Shown: positions 26,203-38,316, counted from the stretch's first letter. The stretch is 64,000 bases of DNA from Hydrolagus colliei (GCA_035084275.1 CM068743.1:37510001-37574000), one strand, 5' to 3'. The notes: generated by a model from the sequence alone, not told the origin. Translations and numbers: made by a program.

Positions 26203-27465
26203 AAGAACGCTCAAATATACTGCACCGTGGAGTGAGGAGACCCTGTCTGTACCTAATCCTGCCTACAGCTAAACTACATTGTGTTGTTGCCGATTAAGTT
26301 ATAGCCTCAGAATCTATTACAGCAGAAGAACCTAGTGTATTCAGTGAAAAATCCACAAAACCAAATCTTTTCTAGGATTTTTGAGTAAGAGTTTTGGCAT
26401 CCTCTCAAGAACAACTCGGTTCGATTCCTGAGTGGGGTGAAACCTTAGATAAATTTCCTTACTCCACATTTCACCTGCGATGACTCCCTGCTTAAGCATT
26501 ACCAAGAACAGCTCGTGTTCTCAATTTCCAAAAGGCTCCAGAGTAATAAATTCCTGACAATATCTCCAGCTTCAATTGTGCAAGAGATTTAGGGCACTGT
26601 AGCTAACAGAACTGTTGTTATATAGGACAAACCATTATTTTTATAATCCATTAATCCCCAATACCCATCCATTCATATGGATCTCTACATTTATGGTAAA
26701 AATAGCTGGGTAACATTGTAGTCAGACAGTTGAATATGGGATGTTACATTGATCACACAAGGATGGACTGGCCACATTTTGAATTAGAATATTACAGTGC
26801 AAAGGTACACAAAACACACGATAGGCCATATCTTTCATGTGTAATCTACAGTCGCACAGTGATATTGATTTCAATTGATGTTGCTTCTAGAATCAATACT
26901 CAATGCCAGAAATGGCAGATAGCCTTGGAAAAGGTTGGTTCAAAATAGTACAATGAACCACTAATCAGATAACAGACTAAAGTATGTACTTTATAATATA
27001 TTGACCTATTACATCTAATAATAAATTTGATGTATGATAAATTATAATCACACATTGCATCCAAAATAGTTTATCACACTTCACAGTATCCTTGTGGCTC
27101 TTTTTTGAGGCATCCTCCCATTGCTAAAGGTGTAATATCCAATTCAAGGATTATTGTTTACGCAATAACTCATTTTTCAGTTAGAAGTAACTAATTACCA
27201 CTCCAAATCACTCTAATAATAAAGGGAAGGACAAAGTAAAATAATTCTTTGTAAAAACACGACAATAAATTGGTCACTCAGTCCACGACTGTTTGTGGGA
27301 TATTGCTGTGTGCAGCTGTCTGCCGCGTTCTGCCCACAAGAAAATATATAGTCAATTCACTTTGCAGTATATTCTATGAAGGACTTTGAGATATCTCAAA
27401 GGTGTGATATCAAATGCAAGGATATTATTATTATTTTTATTAATATATTCACAAGAAAAACATAC

Positions 27466-27601
27466 CCTCTGAGCAGGTATCGGGATTTGGCAACGGTTCT
27501 TCCCATGTCTCACAGGCATTGCTAGCAGCAGCATCAAGATTTAGCATGTGATTTGCCCATACTTTGGCGTTAGGATTCAAATCAGAAACCTTGGCCGAGT
27601 C
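27466..27601 (-). CDS. LARP4B: LARP4B coding exon DSAKVSDLNPNAKVWANH...CSE (PAM2w motif)
   Basis: ttgcag acceptor (phase 0), G|GTATGT donor; LNPNAKVW is the PAM2w motif of the LARP4 family. Confidence 0.95.
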
Positions 27602-28189
27602 CTGCAAAAACAGAAAACTATTAACATACATTTAAAACCTTTACTGTTATGAAAGACCAATTAATCTGCAGCATTTCTCAACAAAAAAAAGGAAAACCAT
27701 TTAAATAAATCAAACTGAGAATTCCATGCATTCTGAGAATTCCCACTTACTCATGGAAACTCCAGAGATAAATCTAGATTAATATAGGCTCCATAGCCTC
27801 AGAAGAAAATGCTTCAACTGCTAACCTGACAATTTAACATGACTTTCTGATCCACCTTCCTCCTAACATTCACCTTCAAATACATTTCTAAACCTTGATA
27901 ATAAGCTATAAATTTCTAACTGCCGCCCATCCCAAAATTCTTTATTTCAATTTAATTAAAACAATAAAACAATAATAAATTGGTCACTTCAATCCATGAC
28001 TATTTATGGGACACTGCTATGCGCAATTGGTTGCTGCCCACATTACACACTATATTCACTTTACCGTATATTCTGTGAAGCGCTTAGAGACGTCTAGAAG
28101 ACACAAAACACATTATATCAAATGAAAAATGATTTATTATTATCTCTTTATCGTATAATAAAATATTTGATAGTTTTCTTGTGATTAGT

Positions 28190-28560
28190 GGAGCCCCATA
28201 ACCTAATGGTTAGTGTGCTTGCCTCGTAAGCAAGAGGATCCCAGTTCGATTCCTGGACAAGGAAAAACCTTAATCAAGTCTTCTTACTACACCTGCCACT
28301 GTTTACCTACCAGTAAGTAAAAACACAGTTGTTGGTCGATCGGTAGACTGCTTTTCGGGGATTATAATCCTTCCCCTCCAAAAAGAAAAATAATTAAATC
28401 CGCGACTACTTGTTGGGACACAGCTGTGCTCAATTGGCTGCTGCCTCTTTGCCAACAAATATCTAGTCAATTCACTTTACAACATATTCCATGAAGTGCT
28501 TTGAGACGCCTCAACGACAATAAGATGCTATATCAAGTGCAAAGATTATTTATATTATTA
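28190..28560 (+). mobile_element. tRNA-derived SINE (older variant)
   Basis: AGTTCGATTCC B box, Deu-like core, tail. Confidence 0.8.
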
Positions 28561-29080
28561 TCATAAACCCCATTTCTCATTAGTTCCTTCCTCCAAAAGA
28601 CTACAATAGTCAAATATAGACTGGTCCAGGAAACCCATTTACCAATAGCATATGTGTGGTGAGCAAGTCTCACCCTAATAAAAATGATACTGCAACACAA
28701 GAGTCAGAAAATACAGTTGACAATGATGCGCAGACAATATTGATGTGAAAATTTGTACTAGGATAACAACGATTCATAATTTTCACATACATCAGGGTAA
28801 TAGTCACATAAAATGTTGTACTCCCACGGACTTAAGTGAAACTGAGCACTAAATTACTTTACACACAAAAAAAAATCTAGCAGTTAAAAGAGTAATGCAA
28901 TTCTGATTCAATGTTGATTTCTATTTCTAAAGTGCACTTAAGTCAAATATATTTGAAGAGATTAGGTTTGAGATTGGTCATCCATGAATGAAATCACAAA
29001 ACATCTTAAATAAAGTGCTGAGGAGAAAAGGCAAACCAGCATTGATGTTTTTAAAATGTCAAAAAGTCCAAATCCAATTT

Positions 29081-29397
29081 AATTATAATAACAATCTTGG
29101 CATTTGATATAGCGCTTTTCACATCTTATCAACGTCTCAGAGCGCTTCAAAGAATATACTGTAAAGTGAATTGACTGCATATTTGTGGGTGAAACGCAGC
29201 AGCCAATTGCACACAACAGTGTCCCACAAGCAGTTGTGGATTGAAATGACCATATTATTGCGGGTTTTTTGGACCGATTATTTTCAGTGTATGGAGTAAG
29301 GAAACTTGCCCAAGGTTTCGCCCTGATCTGCCTGGATTCGAACACAGGTCTCACGCTTCTAAGGCAAGTATTCTAACCACTGAGCCTCAGGAGCTCC
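29081..29397 (-). mobile_element. tRNA-derived SINE starting about 25 nt into the intron after the giant exon
   Basis: Head GGAGCTCCTGAGGCTCAGTGGTTAGAAT; full body and tail. Confidence 0.9.
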
Positions 29398-29423
29398 ACC
29401 AGAGTTAAGAGATAGATACTCAC

Positions 29424-32400
29424 AGTCTGGTCATATTCATTAATCCATCCCCACACATCACTAGTTTCAGAGAGGGAAAGCGGGTAGGGATATATTCCCA
29501 TAAGAGCTACTGAAATGTCAACATTCTTTGATACTGGTTCTTGGGTTACATCCATTTGTTGTAGGTTGACCTCTTTCATAATTTCAGAAAAGCAGGTATT
29601 CCACAAACAGCTCGGCTGGTTGACCGAATTGGGCTTCAGCTGTTCAGAAAATGTATGCACAGATCTATCTTTGGCCACGGTATCAAAAGCTTGATTGACC
29701 TCCCACAACGGGGCTATTTCGCTTTGAAAACCATGTCCATCTATTTTAGGTTGGTCCCCAGACTCCCCTAGAATAACTTTCATCATCCCCATGACACATC
29801 TCTCACTATTTGCAGACGTTTCAGACAAACATCTCCCCTTTTCATCACAATCTGTGAAGTTCGAAACTTGGGGTATTTCATATGAAGGAGTTGACGCATA
29901 TCGGTCGATCTGACTTTCATCTGTAGAAAGTTCCGTGGATGCATAGAATTCAGTAGAGTCATATACATCTTTTGGAATGCTAGAAAAAGGAAAGGCCTCA
30001 CTATCTTCCATTGCTACTGCTGTTTTTAAACACTCAGCACCCTTTTGTGAATCAGTTTCAAAGCTGCACAGACTTCTACACTTGACTGAGTCCTCTGCGG
30101 TTCCATCACTCGTGTCATATGGGACTTGTGGATCTTCATTTTGTTTTCTGCATAGAGCTGGGTACTGTATCAACTCGGTGCTAAATATCCGGTTCAAGTC
30201 TTCACTTGTCCCTTCATCGCAGTATTTTGACAGATTCGCATTTACGTTGCCATCAATTCTGCTCCTCAATTGTGTATTTTCCACTGTTTCAGGACCTCTA
30301 AGCATCACTTTTTCTTCCCAAGCAGCTGCATTCAGCCAGGATACACATTCACTGCTCCGAAGATTCTGCTCAGTTATTTCATTCAAGACTATTTCTTTCT
30401 CAAGGTCTTTGAAGCTGTCTAAATCTCCACCTGAATTCGAGCACACATCCAGGTAGTTTTCCAGTACACCAGTAATTACAGAACAATTCTGAATGGCAAA
30501 ATCCCCTTCGCTGTCTACTTCTGAAGTAGAACCATTAGCTAAAGCCAATGTATCTTGGTGATCCAGCTTTACCTTATTGATGTCTGTGGCACTGTAATCA
30601 AACTCATCTTTCCGCTGCTGATTAGTTGCGTTCGTGGCCAACCTTTCAGAGTTCCACAAATTATTCAATTCATAATGATTATCAGCCACCTGCTCAGGAA
30701 CATCAGATTGTAAGGATGTCAGGCTGGCATGGCAGTCACTGTCAGGTATGTCGAACATAACACCAGTTTGCAAAACATTCTCTATGCAAATAGCGTCAAG
30801 ATTTTCCTCATCTTGACAACTGGCGTTTTGATTCTGCAGCTGCTCAACAATGATAGAATCACTGTCCTCATCAGAAGCCAGCACCCTGTCGTTAGCATGT
30901 GGATCAAGTTTCAAAACCTTCCCTTTGGCTGCTACTTGCTCAGGCTGTTGTCGAGCGGTAGATGTGGGTATCGATTCCAAATAGTCATCCAATTGGTTGC
31001 TTGGCTGCATGAAATACAGACATTCACCTTCTGGAGGTTCAGAGTACAAACCGTTTATACTTTCATCAAACTCGGTATTTTGTCCCACTTTTTGGAACGC
31101 ATCCGTATCACTCTGACGATTGGCAAACTCACCTTCATCACCACAGTCTTTCTGCAAAGTAGTTGGCGTACAAATTAAGTGGTTACGAATGTGCTCATCA
31201 CAAAGGGATTGACTGAAGTAATGGCTTGAAATTCCCGTAAAGCATGAATTAGGCATTCTTTCGGCCACAGAATTACAATGCAATGTTTGGTTCAACTTTG
31301 ATGACTCTTCCAGTCTCATTTCAGGCAAACCATCGGACAGATTTTGGTCATTTGCATGACTGCATGGGGCTGTCCCTTCATCCTCAAGCAGTTGGACAGT
31401 TGAGATTAGATCCAGCAGAATTTTAGATTCAGATTTTTTCTCATCAAGTGTCCATGTACAAGCCTCTTTGAAAACTGAATCAGAGGTTTCCAAATCAGCA
31501 AACTTTAGCGATGGTTCGAAAACATTCTCTGCAACTCCAATTACAAATTTTGAAGCAGGATCTGTTGTAGGCCTTGGAGGAGGATCAGAAAATTGCAAGC
31601 ACGTTCCATTGATAGCATCTGTTCCATATATGTGACAATCTCCTTCGCAAAGTTTCACAACTTGTTTACTTTCTGTTGATAAATACGCAGTCACAACTGT
31701 ACCTTTAATCGGGTTATTTTGCATGGGAGAACCCATCGCTATCTGCTTTCCATCACAACCAGAGTATTCTAACAACTTGCTAACGCTGGAGTACTTTGAA
31801 GCATTGTTGCCTGAACTAAGACAGTTGTTCCACTCGGACAAGCAAGGTTTCTCAACAACTGAAGGCTGCACAAAGCTGCCTTTCATTCCATATTTAGGTT
31901 GGCCATTGCGAGTATCTGCATCACATTCAGTTGTTTCTGCAAGCAGCCGGACAACACTCAATCTGTGGTTTGATAATATAGAAGCCTGCGCGTCAGTGTA
32001 TATTTCTGTAGAAACATTGTGTGGCATCATAAAGCCTGACTCTACTTGTTCCATTACTTCAGGCTCAACTGCCTCTCCTAGCTCAGCTGCAGCTGCCGTG
32101 CTTCCCAGCAGTGTTGAAAAGTCCTGGACAGACCATGTTAGGTTGTGCTTTCTCTCCACTCTAACAGCTGAACAATGCATCTCTGGAACAATGTTACAAG
32201 TAAAAGCAGGTGCCGCCTCATCTAGTTCATCATCTTCCACATCTATTGCACAGATACTGTAGAATTCATTTGGTCTGGGTTTTATATTTATTTCAGAGGC
32301 TACATGATTGGTATCCAGGATGTTCTCTTGTATGTTTTGCCTCCACGTTTTAATGCCTTCAACTTCCTCGGGCGTTTTATTTTCACCGAAATGTAACTCA

Positions 32401-33056
32401 GTCACTAAACGACATGAAATATTTTGGAAAATCTCACCGCTGGTTTGACAACTCTCCATATATTCTCCACTTGGAGGTTTTTCAGGGGTTGGAAGCAGTT
32501 TCTCATTCTCGGGGGAATCACTCTCAACGGTCGAATCAGGCATTCCTTCAGTTACATTCTCGGCACATTCGCCCTTTCCAGAATTTCCCTTCAAAGAATT
32601 AGCGAAACTCCACAACTTTCGGGATTCACTCTTCGAGTCCTCGTTCTCTGTTTTAACAGAGCACTGTCTCTTTGGCAAACCAAAGATATCCCACAGTGTC
32701 CTCCGCAAATTCGACCGGGAAGAATCTTTGGTGAGGAAATAATCAGTGACCTCCGCAAGATTCTCAGGGTGCTGAAAATGATTTGCATTCTGGTAAGAGC
32801 ATTCGTCATTTAACCAAGGCCAGAATCTCCTCCGGTTAGACTTGAACCCTCCTTGCCCCTGGTTGAGAGCACATGGAGTTTCCATCTTACCGTACTCTTC
32901 AGCTTGCACATCTAATTCATTATTTTCAGTGACATTGGCGCGACAACTTTGAATGCTTTCAAGGGTCTCTCTTCTTGTCTTCTGTAACAAGCTTGTTTTT
33001 TCACTGACCTGTTCAGGCACCACAGGGCCCCTCTCTTTACTGAAGCAGCAGCCCAT
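29424..33056 (-). CDS. LARP4B: Putative alternative giant first coding exon of LARP4B: 1211-aa acidic Ser/Glu/Cys-rich extension starting MGCCFSK
   Basis: 3633 nt without a stop codon or repeat insertion; strong start context CAGCATGG with an in-frame TGA just upstream; ends ACT|GTGAGT in phase 0, matching the phase-0 acceptor at 27601. Confidence 0.8.
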
Positions 33057-35109
33057 GCTGAGTCACGACAATGCTACTACACACTGAAGCTCAGAGCCCA
33101 TGAAATGAACTAACTGCTAACGCAGACGAGCCAACACCCGAGTACCAAAAATAGTGCGGATAAAAAAAACTGTGCTGATGTTCAATGTGCTCCTGTCAAT
33201 CAAAGCCTTGGTTCAGGGTTCGGCAGGGGGCAAGATTTAAGGCTGAAGGATTGTGGAGGGGCTGGGATCACTTGGCTCCACCCCCCTGTCTGCTGTCAAC
33301 ATGGCTAAATTGCCAGTCAGTCAATGGATCGGCAGCTGGCAATGTCCAGCCGTCAGTCAGGGGATGGGATGAGGGGGTCACGATGATCTAACGAAGGGGG
33401 TTAGCCAGTGGACTGAGTAGTCAGTCAGCTGGCTGAATAAGTTTAAACAGCTGTGCCATCGTGAAAAAGTGCAAATAAATGAGTCAGATTCAGCCAACTT
33501 TTTCCTGAATTTTGCAAACCTCAAAGTGATTGGGGGAGGGAAGGGGATTTTAAGCCTTGCTGACCTTCCACCCCACCCACCCCCTTCTAGCACTAAATTA
33601 ACTTTATATTATGAAAGTTTGGCCCCTAGGTATTTCCCAATTGTATACTATTGGGCTGGACCATTTTTGCGATGGGGGGTGGAAGAATTTCTAGAGTCCA
33701 AGTTAGTGCTACAATAGAACTAGATCAATTTATTTCACTCTTATTTTTATTTCTGGTATTAGGCAAATTCCACTCCATCTCTGATAGTTCCATGCGTAGC
33801 TGGGATGCATGGAATTCTTAGTTTGGTTTGGATAATCTGAAGCATAATGATGGATTATGACACTCTCTTTCAAATTACAGTTTTCTGTTTTTATTTCCTA
33901 AAGATGGTGTCCAGAAAACCTCTGCATGTCAAGTCGTAAGAAAGGCACAGCATAAAAGGAATGCATTGCAATATTAATGGTGTTCTTTGCCAGCCACACA
34001 GCTAAGGTTAATAGTCGTCATCCTTGCATTTGGTTTGGTGCCCTATTCATGTCAGGATGATGTCCCAGAGCTTGTCATAGAAGCTACCTTGAAGTGGAGT
34101 GATTTGTGGGCGAAGGTGCCAGCTAATTTATGCACAGCAATATTCCACAAACAGCCACTGAATTACCAATTTATTTTGAGGGACTGCTGGCCAGGATAAC
34201 AGAAGAAACTCCCTTCTCTATTCAAATAATGCCATGTGATCTTAAACATCCACCTGAATAGGCAGACAGGACTTCGGTTTGACATCTCATCCAAAGGAAT
34301 GCAATGCAATGCAACACGTCCTCAGGGCTGTATCGGAGTGTCAATTTAAGACTACGAGTCCATGAGTCTTGATTTCACAGCTTTCTGACTTGATCCACAA
34401 GACTGCTTCCACTGAGCCAGGTTAACATGTGGGATCCTTCATCCCACTTCCCAATCTGTGAACTTGTGTGTATGATGGGTTTACCTCAGATGCTGAAGTA
34501 GAGCATAGTTATAACACTATTTGTGGGCAGAAAAATCCTAGCCAGCAGTATAATCGGACATGACTGCCAGTCAGCTCTTCTGCATTCACTACAAGAGTCA
34601 GAAAGCTGACCGGTAACCAGCTCAAAAAACTAGCAGACTTCGGAACCATCGGGTTGTGACAGTCAACGCTTCCTACACATTGCATCAGGCAGCAACCTGA
34701 AGACTGGAAACTAGCCCTTTATTTAAAACAAAATACACACAAGAAAACAGCCAGCATTTTGAAACAAGACAACATGATTTGAAGTGTGCCAGCTACCTAG
34801 GTGCATTCTGAATGTTTCCATTCCAATTACACTATAATCAAACACATACTGTATTGTAATGCAACCCATTATAACAGGTTCTACTATATTCACCAATATA
34901 TTCGCCTATAATTTTAAATAGAAAGCTGAAGCTGTGTCATCATATGACATCTGTTCAAAAAACTCATGGGACAAGGATTAAGGCACAGAGTGGCTGAAGT
35001 AGAGGGGATGATGGAAGATATAAAAGGGGTGGGAGGGAACTGGGGCATGTTGAGATTCATGTTTCTCCTTTGTCTTCCTTGTCCTGCCTCCCCCTCTCTG
35101 TTAATCCTC

Positions 35110-35236
35110 AAAAACCTCTCCCTCCCAACATGCTCCAGTTCTGACAAAGGGTCGTGGACCCGAAATGTTGACTTTCCTTTCCATAGATGCTGCCTGACCT
35201 GCCAAGTTTTCCCAGCCATTTCTGTTTTTGTTTCAG
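35110..35236 (+). mobile_element. Penelope-like element terminal fragment with a hammerhead-like motif (related pieces at 40620-40715 + and 61270-61350 -)
   Basis: CTGACAAAGGGTCGTGGACCCGAAATGTTGAC..CCATAGATGCTGCCTGACCTGC. Confidence 0.6.
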
Positions 35237-35244
35237 GATAGAAT

Positions 35245-35588
35245 GATCCCCCCGTTCAGCAGGACTTGGCCTGCTCCAAGCCCCCCGCCCAAACCGCCCC
35301 ACCATCGGAGGCCGGGCCTTCAGTTGTTCTGCTCCGACCCTATGGAATTCCATCCCCCAATCCCTCCGTCTCGTTTCTTCCCTTTCCTCTTTCAAGGCCG
35401 GTTTGAAGACTTTCCTCTTCGACCGTGCCTTTTGTTCCACCCCGAATTCTTCGACCTCCCCTACTTGTTTCACCCCTTCCCGTACACTCCCCTCCCAGCT
35501 CGGTTCACACGCCTCCTGTGCAGCGCCTTGGGACGTCCTCCCGACCTGAAAGGCGCTTTATAAGTGTAATTTGTTGTTGTTGTTGTTG
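35245..35588 (+). mobile_element. L2 LINE 3' fragment (young subfamily)
   Basis: Reverse complement of the 46107 and 52349 3' ends; TTG tail. Confidence 0.88.
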
Positions 35589-36014
35589 ATCAACTGTCAA
35601 AAGCAGCAGAGGTTACATATGTCCTGAAGTAACCTCCTTTCTTTCTTCCTTTCTTTCTTTAATTCTCCTTTGACAGTGGTTTGTGGCTGTTTTAACATCC
35701 ATTTTAGTAAGGCATTAGCAAATCGGCAAAAAAAATTCTTAACCTCTTTTTTGTTCTTCTGGTCAGAATTCTCAATTTACTTTACTACTGGCATAGATAT
35801 GCTGGATCATTCTGTGCCATAACGACAACTATTCATAATTTTAAAACCATTTTAGATCTCTCCCGAGCTTCCTTTAATCAGTGCTCCTATAATAGGTCCC
35901 AACCTTTCCAGTATCTCCACATTACTATAACTATTAACACTGGTATCATTCTAATAAGTTGCTATTGTATCCTTACCTTCATGAGAATCCCAAAACATAA
36001 TCATCCAACATTAT

Positions 36015-36595
36015 CCAACACACTGGTTAGGCCTCAACTAGAGCATTGCGTCCAGTTCTGGACACCTTATTTCAAGAAGGACATTAAGGCACTGGAAAGG
36101 GTGCAGAGGAGATTCACGAGAATGATACCAGGAATGGGGAACCTTAGCTATGAGGACAGACTGGAGAAGTTAGGACTTTTTCTATTCGAGAAGAGAAGGT
36201 TACACGGGGATCTGATAGAGGTCTTCAAAATCATGAAAGGTTTCGACAGGCTAGATAGGGAAAAGTTGTTTCCACTGGTAGGTGTGTCTGTGACCCGTGG
36301 TCACAGTCTTAAGATATCTACCAAAAGAAGCAGAGGGGAGGTTAGAATAAATTTTTGTACTCAGCGAGTTGTTCGAATTTGGAATGATCTGCCTGAAAGG
36401 GTATTGAGGTCCGATTCGATAGCAGCTTTTAAAAGAGAACTAGATAGGTATCTGGGGAAAACGGGTTTGCAGGGTTATGGGGAGAAAACTGGTGATTGGG
36501 GTTAATGAAAGTGATGTGCTCGGTCAAAGAGTCAGCACAGATTCGATGGGCCGAATGGCCTCCTTTTGTGCAGTAACATTCTATGATTCTATGAT
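36015..36595 (+). mobile_element. CR1 LINE 3' fragment
   Basis: TLVRPQLEHCVQFWTPYFKKDIKALERVQRRFTRMIPG; (TTCTATGA)n tail. Confidence 0.92.
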
Positions 36596-38133
36596 TATCT
36601 CTTTATTTAGCCTTCACATTAATTCATGTCTATTAGGATCACGTCCCTATCCCAATCTTCTCTACAAATAAAGTTAAGGTTAAACACGAACTAGCTTCTC
36701 CTCCTGTCACATGCAGCATCCTAATGGCTCTATCCTCAGTCCTGTCCTCACCATCAAAATGCTCCCAGTTGGTGATATCACCCAGACTTCCATAGATGGC
36801 ACGCAGCATAGATCTCACTGCCTCAACCCTTGGTTGCAGTACTATTGCAGTTCTGATGTTTGTGTCCCACATAAAGTCCAGGATGAACTCTATAACTTCC
36901 TTCAATTCCACTTAGACAAGAGATTCTTGTTTGGTTCCCGTCAACAATTTTCACCCGAGTCACTGACAGTTTAACAACAACTTCCATTTATATAGCGCTC
37001 CTCATTCAGGGTTGGGTCCCAGACCTCACTCCACTTCACAGAGGGGGGTGTAAAACTTCAATGTCTTATTTGATCCTGACTGGTCTTTCAAACACAACAT
37101 CCATCCTCTTATGTATTCAGCTTCCCTCACGTCCATATCGTTGGTCACATCTTCCATAACCGTCCGCCAAAACAGTCATTCACACTTTCATCATGCCCCT
37201 AACCTCTGGAACTCCACCCCGCAGTCCCTCCGCCTTGCCCCCCTCTCTAGCCTCCTTCAAGTCCCACCTCAAGACACTCCTCTTCGAAGGTCCCATCAGT
37301 CACCCCAAATCTCCTCCTCTCCCTCCACCCTCTCGATCCTGACCCCAGCCTGGGTCTGAAACATTGACTGTCCAGCGCTTTGGAACGTCCTCCTGATATG
37401 AAAGGCGCTATACAAATGTAATGTTGTTGTTGTCCAGGCTTGATGACACTTGATCACCTTATGTCTGAGACTTCCAATATTTCTCACAACCTGATCATTC
37501 CCTTCATTTAGCAAACACTGACCTGCCCCACCCTATAACCAATTCACAAGTGGTGTTAAACTTTCAGTCTTTCTGCCACCCTCTCTGAAACTCCATCCTG
37601 GACTCACTCTGACTTGCTCCCTTCCTCATTTAAGACCCACCTCAAAATGTCCCTCTTACCACGCTTTCAGTCATCTTTCCCTTCCTCATTCCCTTCAGCT
37701 CCCATCTAGTCCCTATATGATATACAGGACTAGAGCTAAATGCTATATCCCTCCAACTCTACAGTTATATACTGTATAGTAACCATTCAAACCATTCATT
37801 TCAGCACTCGAGACAATTACTTACATTTGTATTGCACTTTTCACGTCACAAGGATGCCCAAAGGTGCTGATATATGTATAGACAGCATTCTATCCAATGC
37901 CTTTTGAGCAAATTTGAGGCATTGTTAGATCAACGACTTCTGCGAGATTACTCATGTAAAAATCGGAAAAACCATACCAAATTATAGAAGCTACCTGAAG
38001 GCCAGTAGAAAACTACCACTGACCCAAATGACACGCACAACCAAAGCTGCAACAAAGCATGATTTTCCTGTAACCGTAAATCATTTGTCGGTCCAAAGGA
38101 AATGGATCATTAATTAATCTTTCAGCGTCTTAC

Positions 38134-38214
38134 CAGAGGAGAACTGTCTACAACTTCTTGCACTTGCTGCACCTGCGGTTCAGCCACAACTTTAGTGTCC
38201 TGGTCAGAAGTCAT
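38134..38214 (-). CDS. LARP4B: LARP4B canonical first coding exon MTSDQDTKVVAEPQVQQVQEVVDSSPL (exon 38134-38265 including 51 nt of 5'UTR)
   Basis: ATG at 38214, CTG|GTAAGA donor, ccccacag acceptor at 38266; matches the MTSDQDAKVVAEPQ N-terminus of LARP4B. Confidence 0.95.
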
Positions 38215-38316
38215 GAGCCGTCTGCTTTCTGGCTCTGCAGAGAGAATTTTTCTGCGCAGCAAGATCTGTGGGGCAAAATACAAAGTGTTACATTTCAGAA
38301 CTACAGTACTAGTAAA

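Noticed and set aside
29977-32813. Plus-strand ORFs of 129-179 aa
   Set aside because: Antisense shadows of the 1211-codon exon
34914-35219. MNLNMPQFPPTPFISSIIPSTS as a candidate for the missing small exon
   Set aside because: No suitable AG acceptor or GT donor; partly repeat-derived
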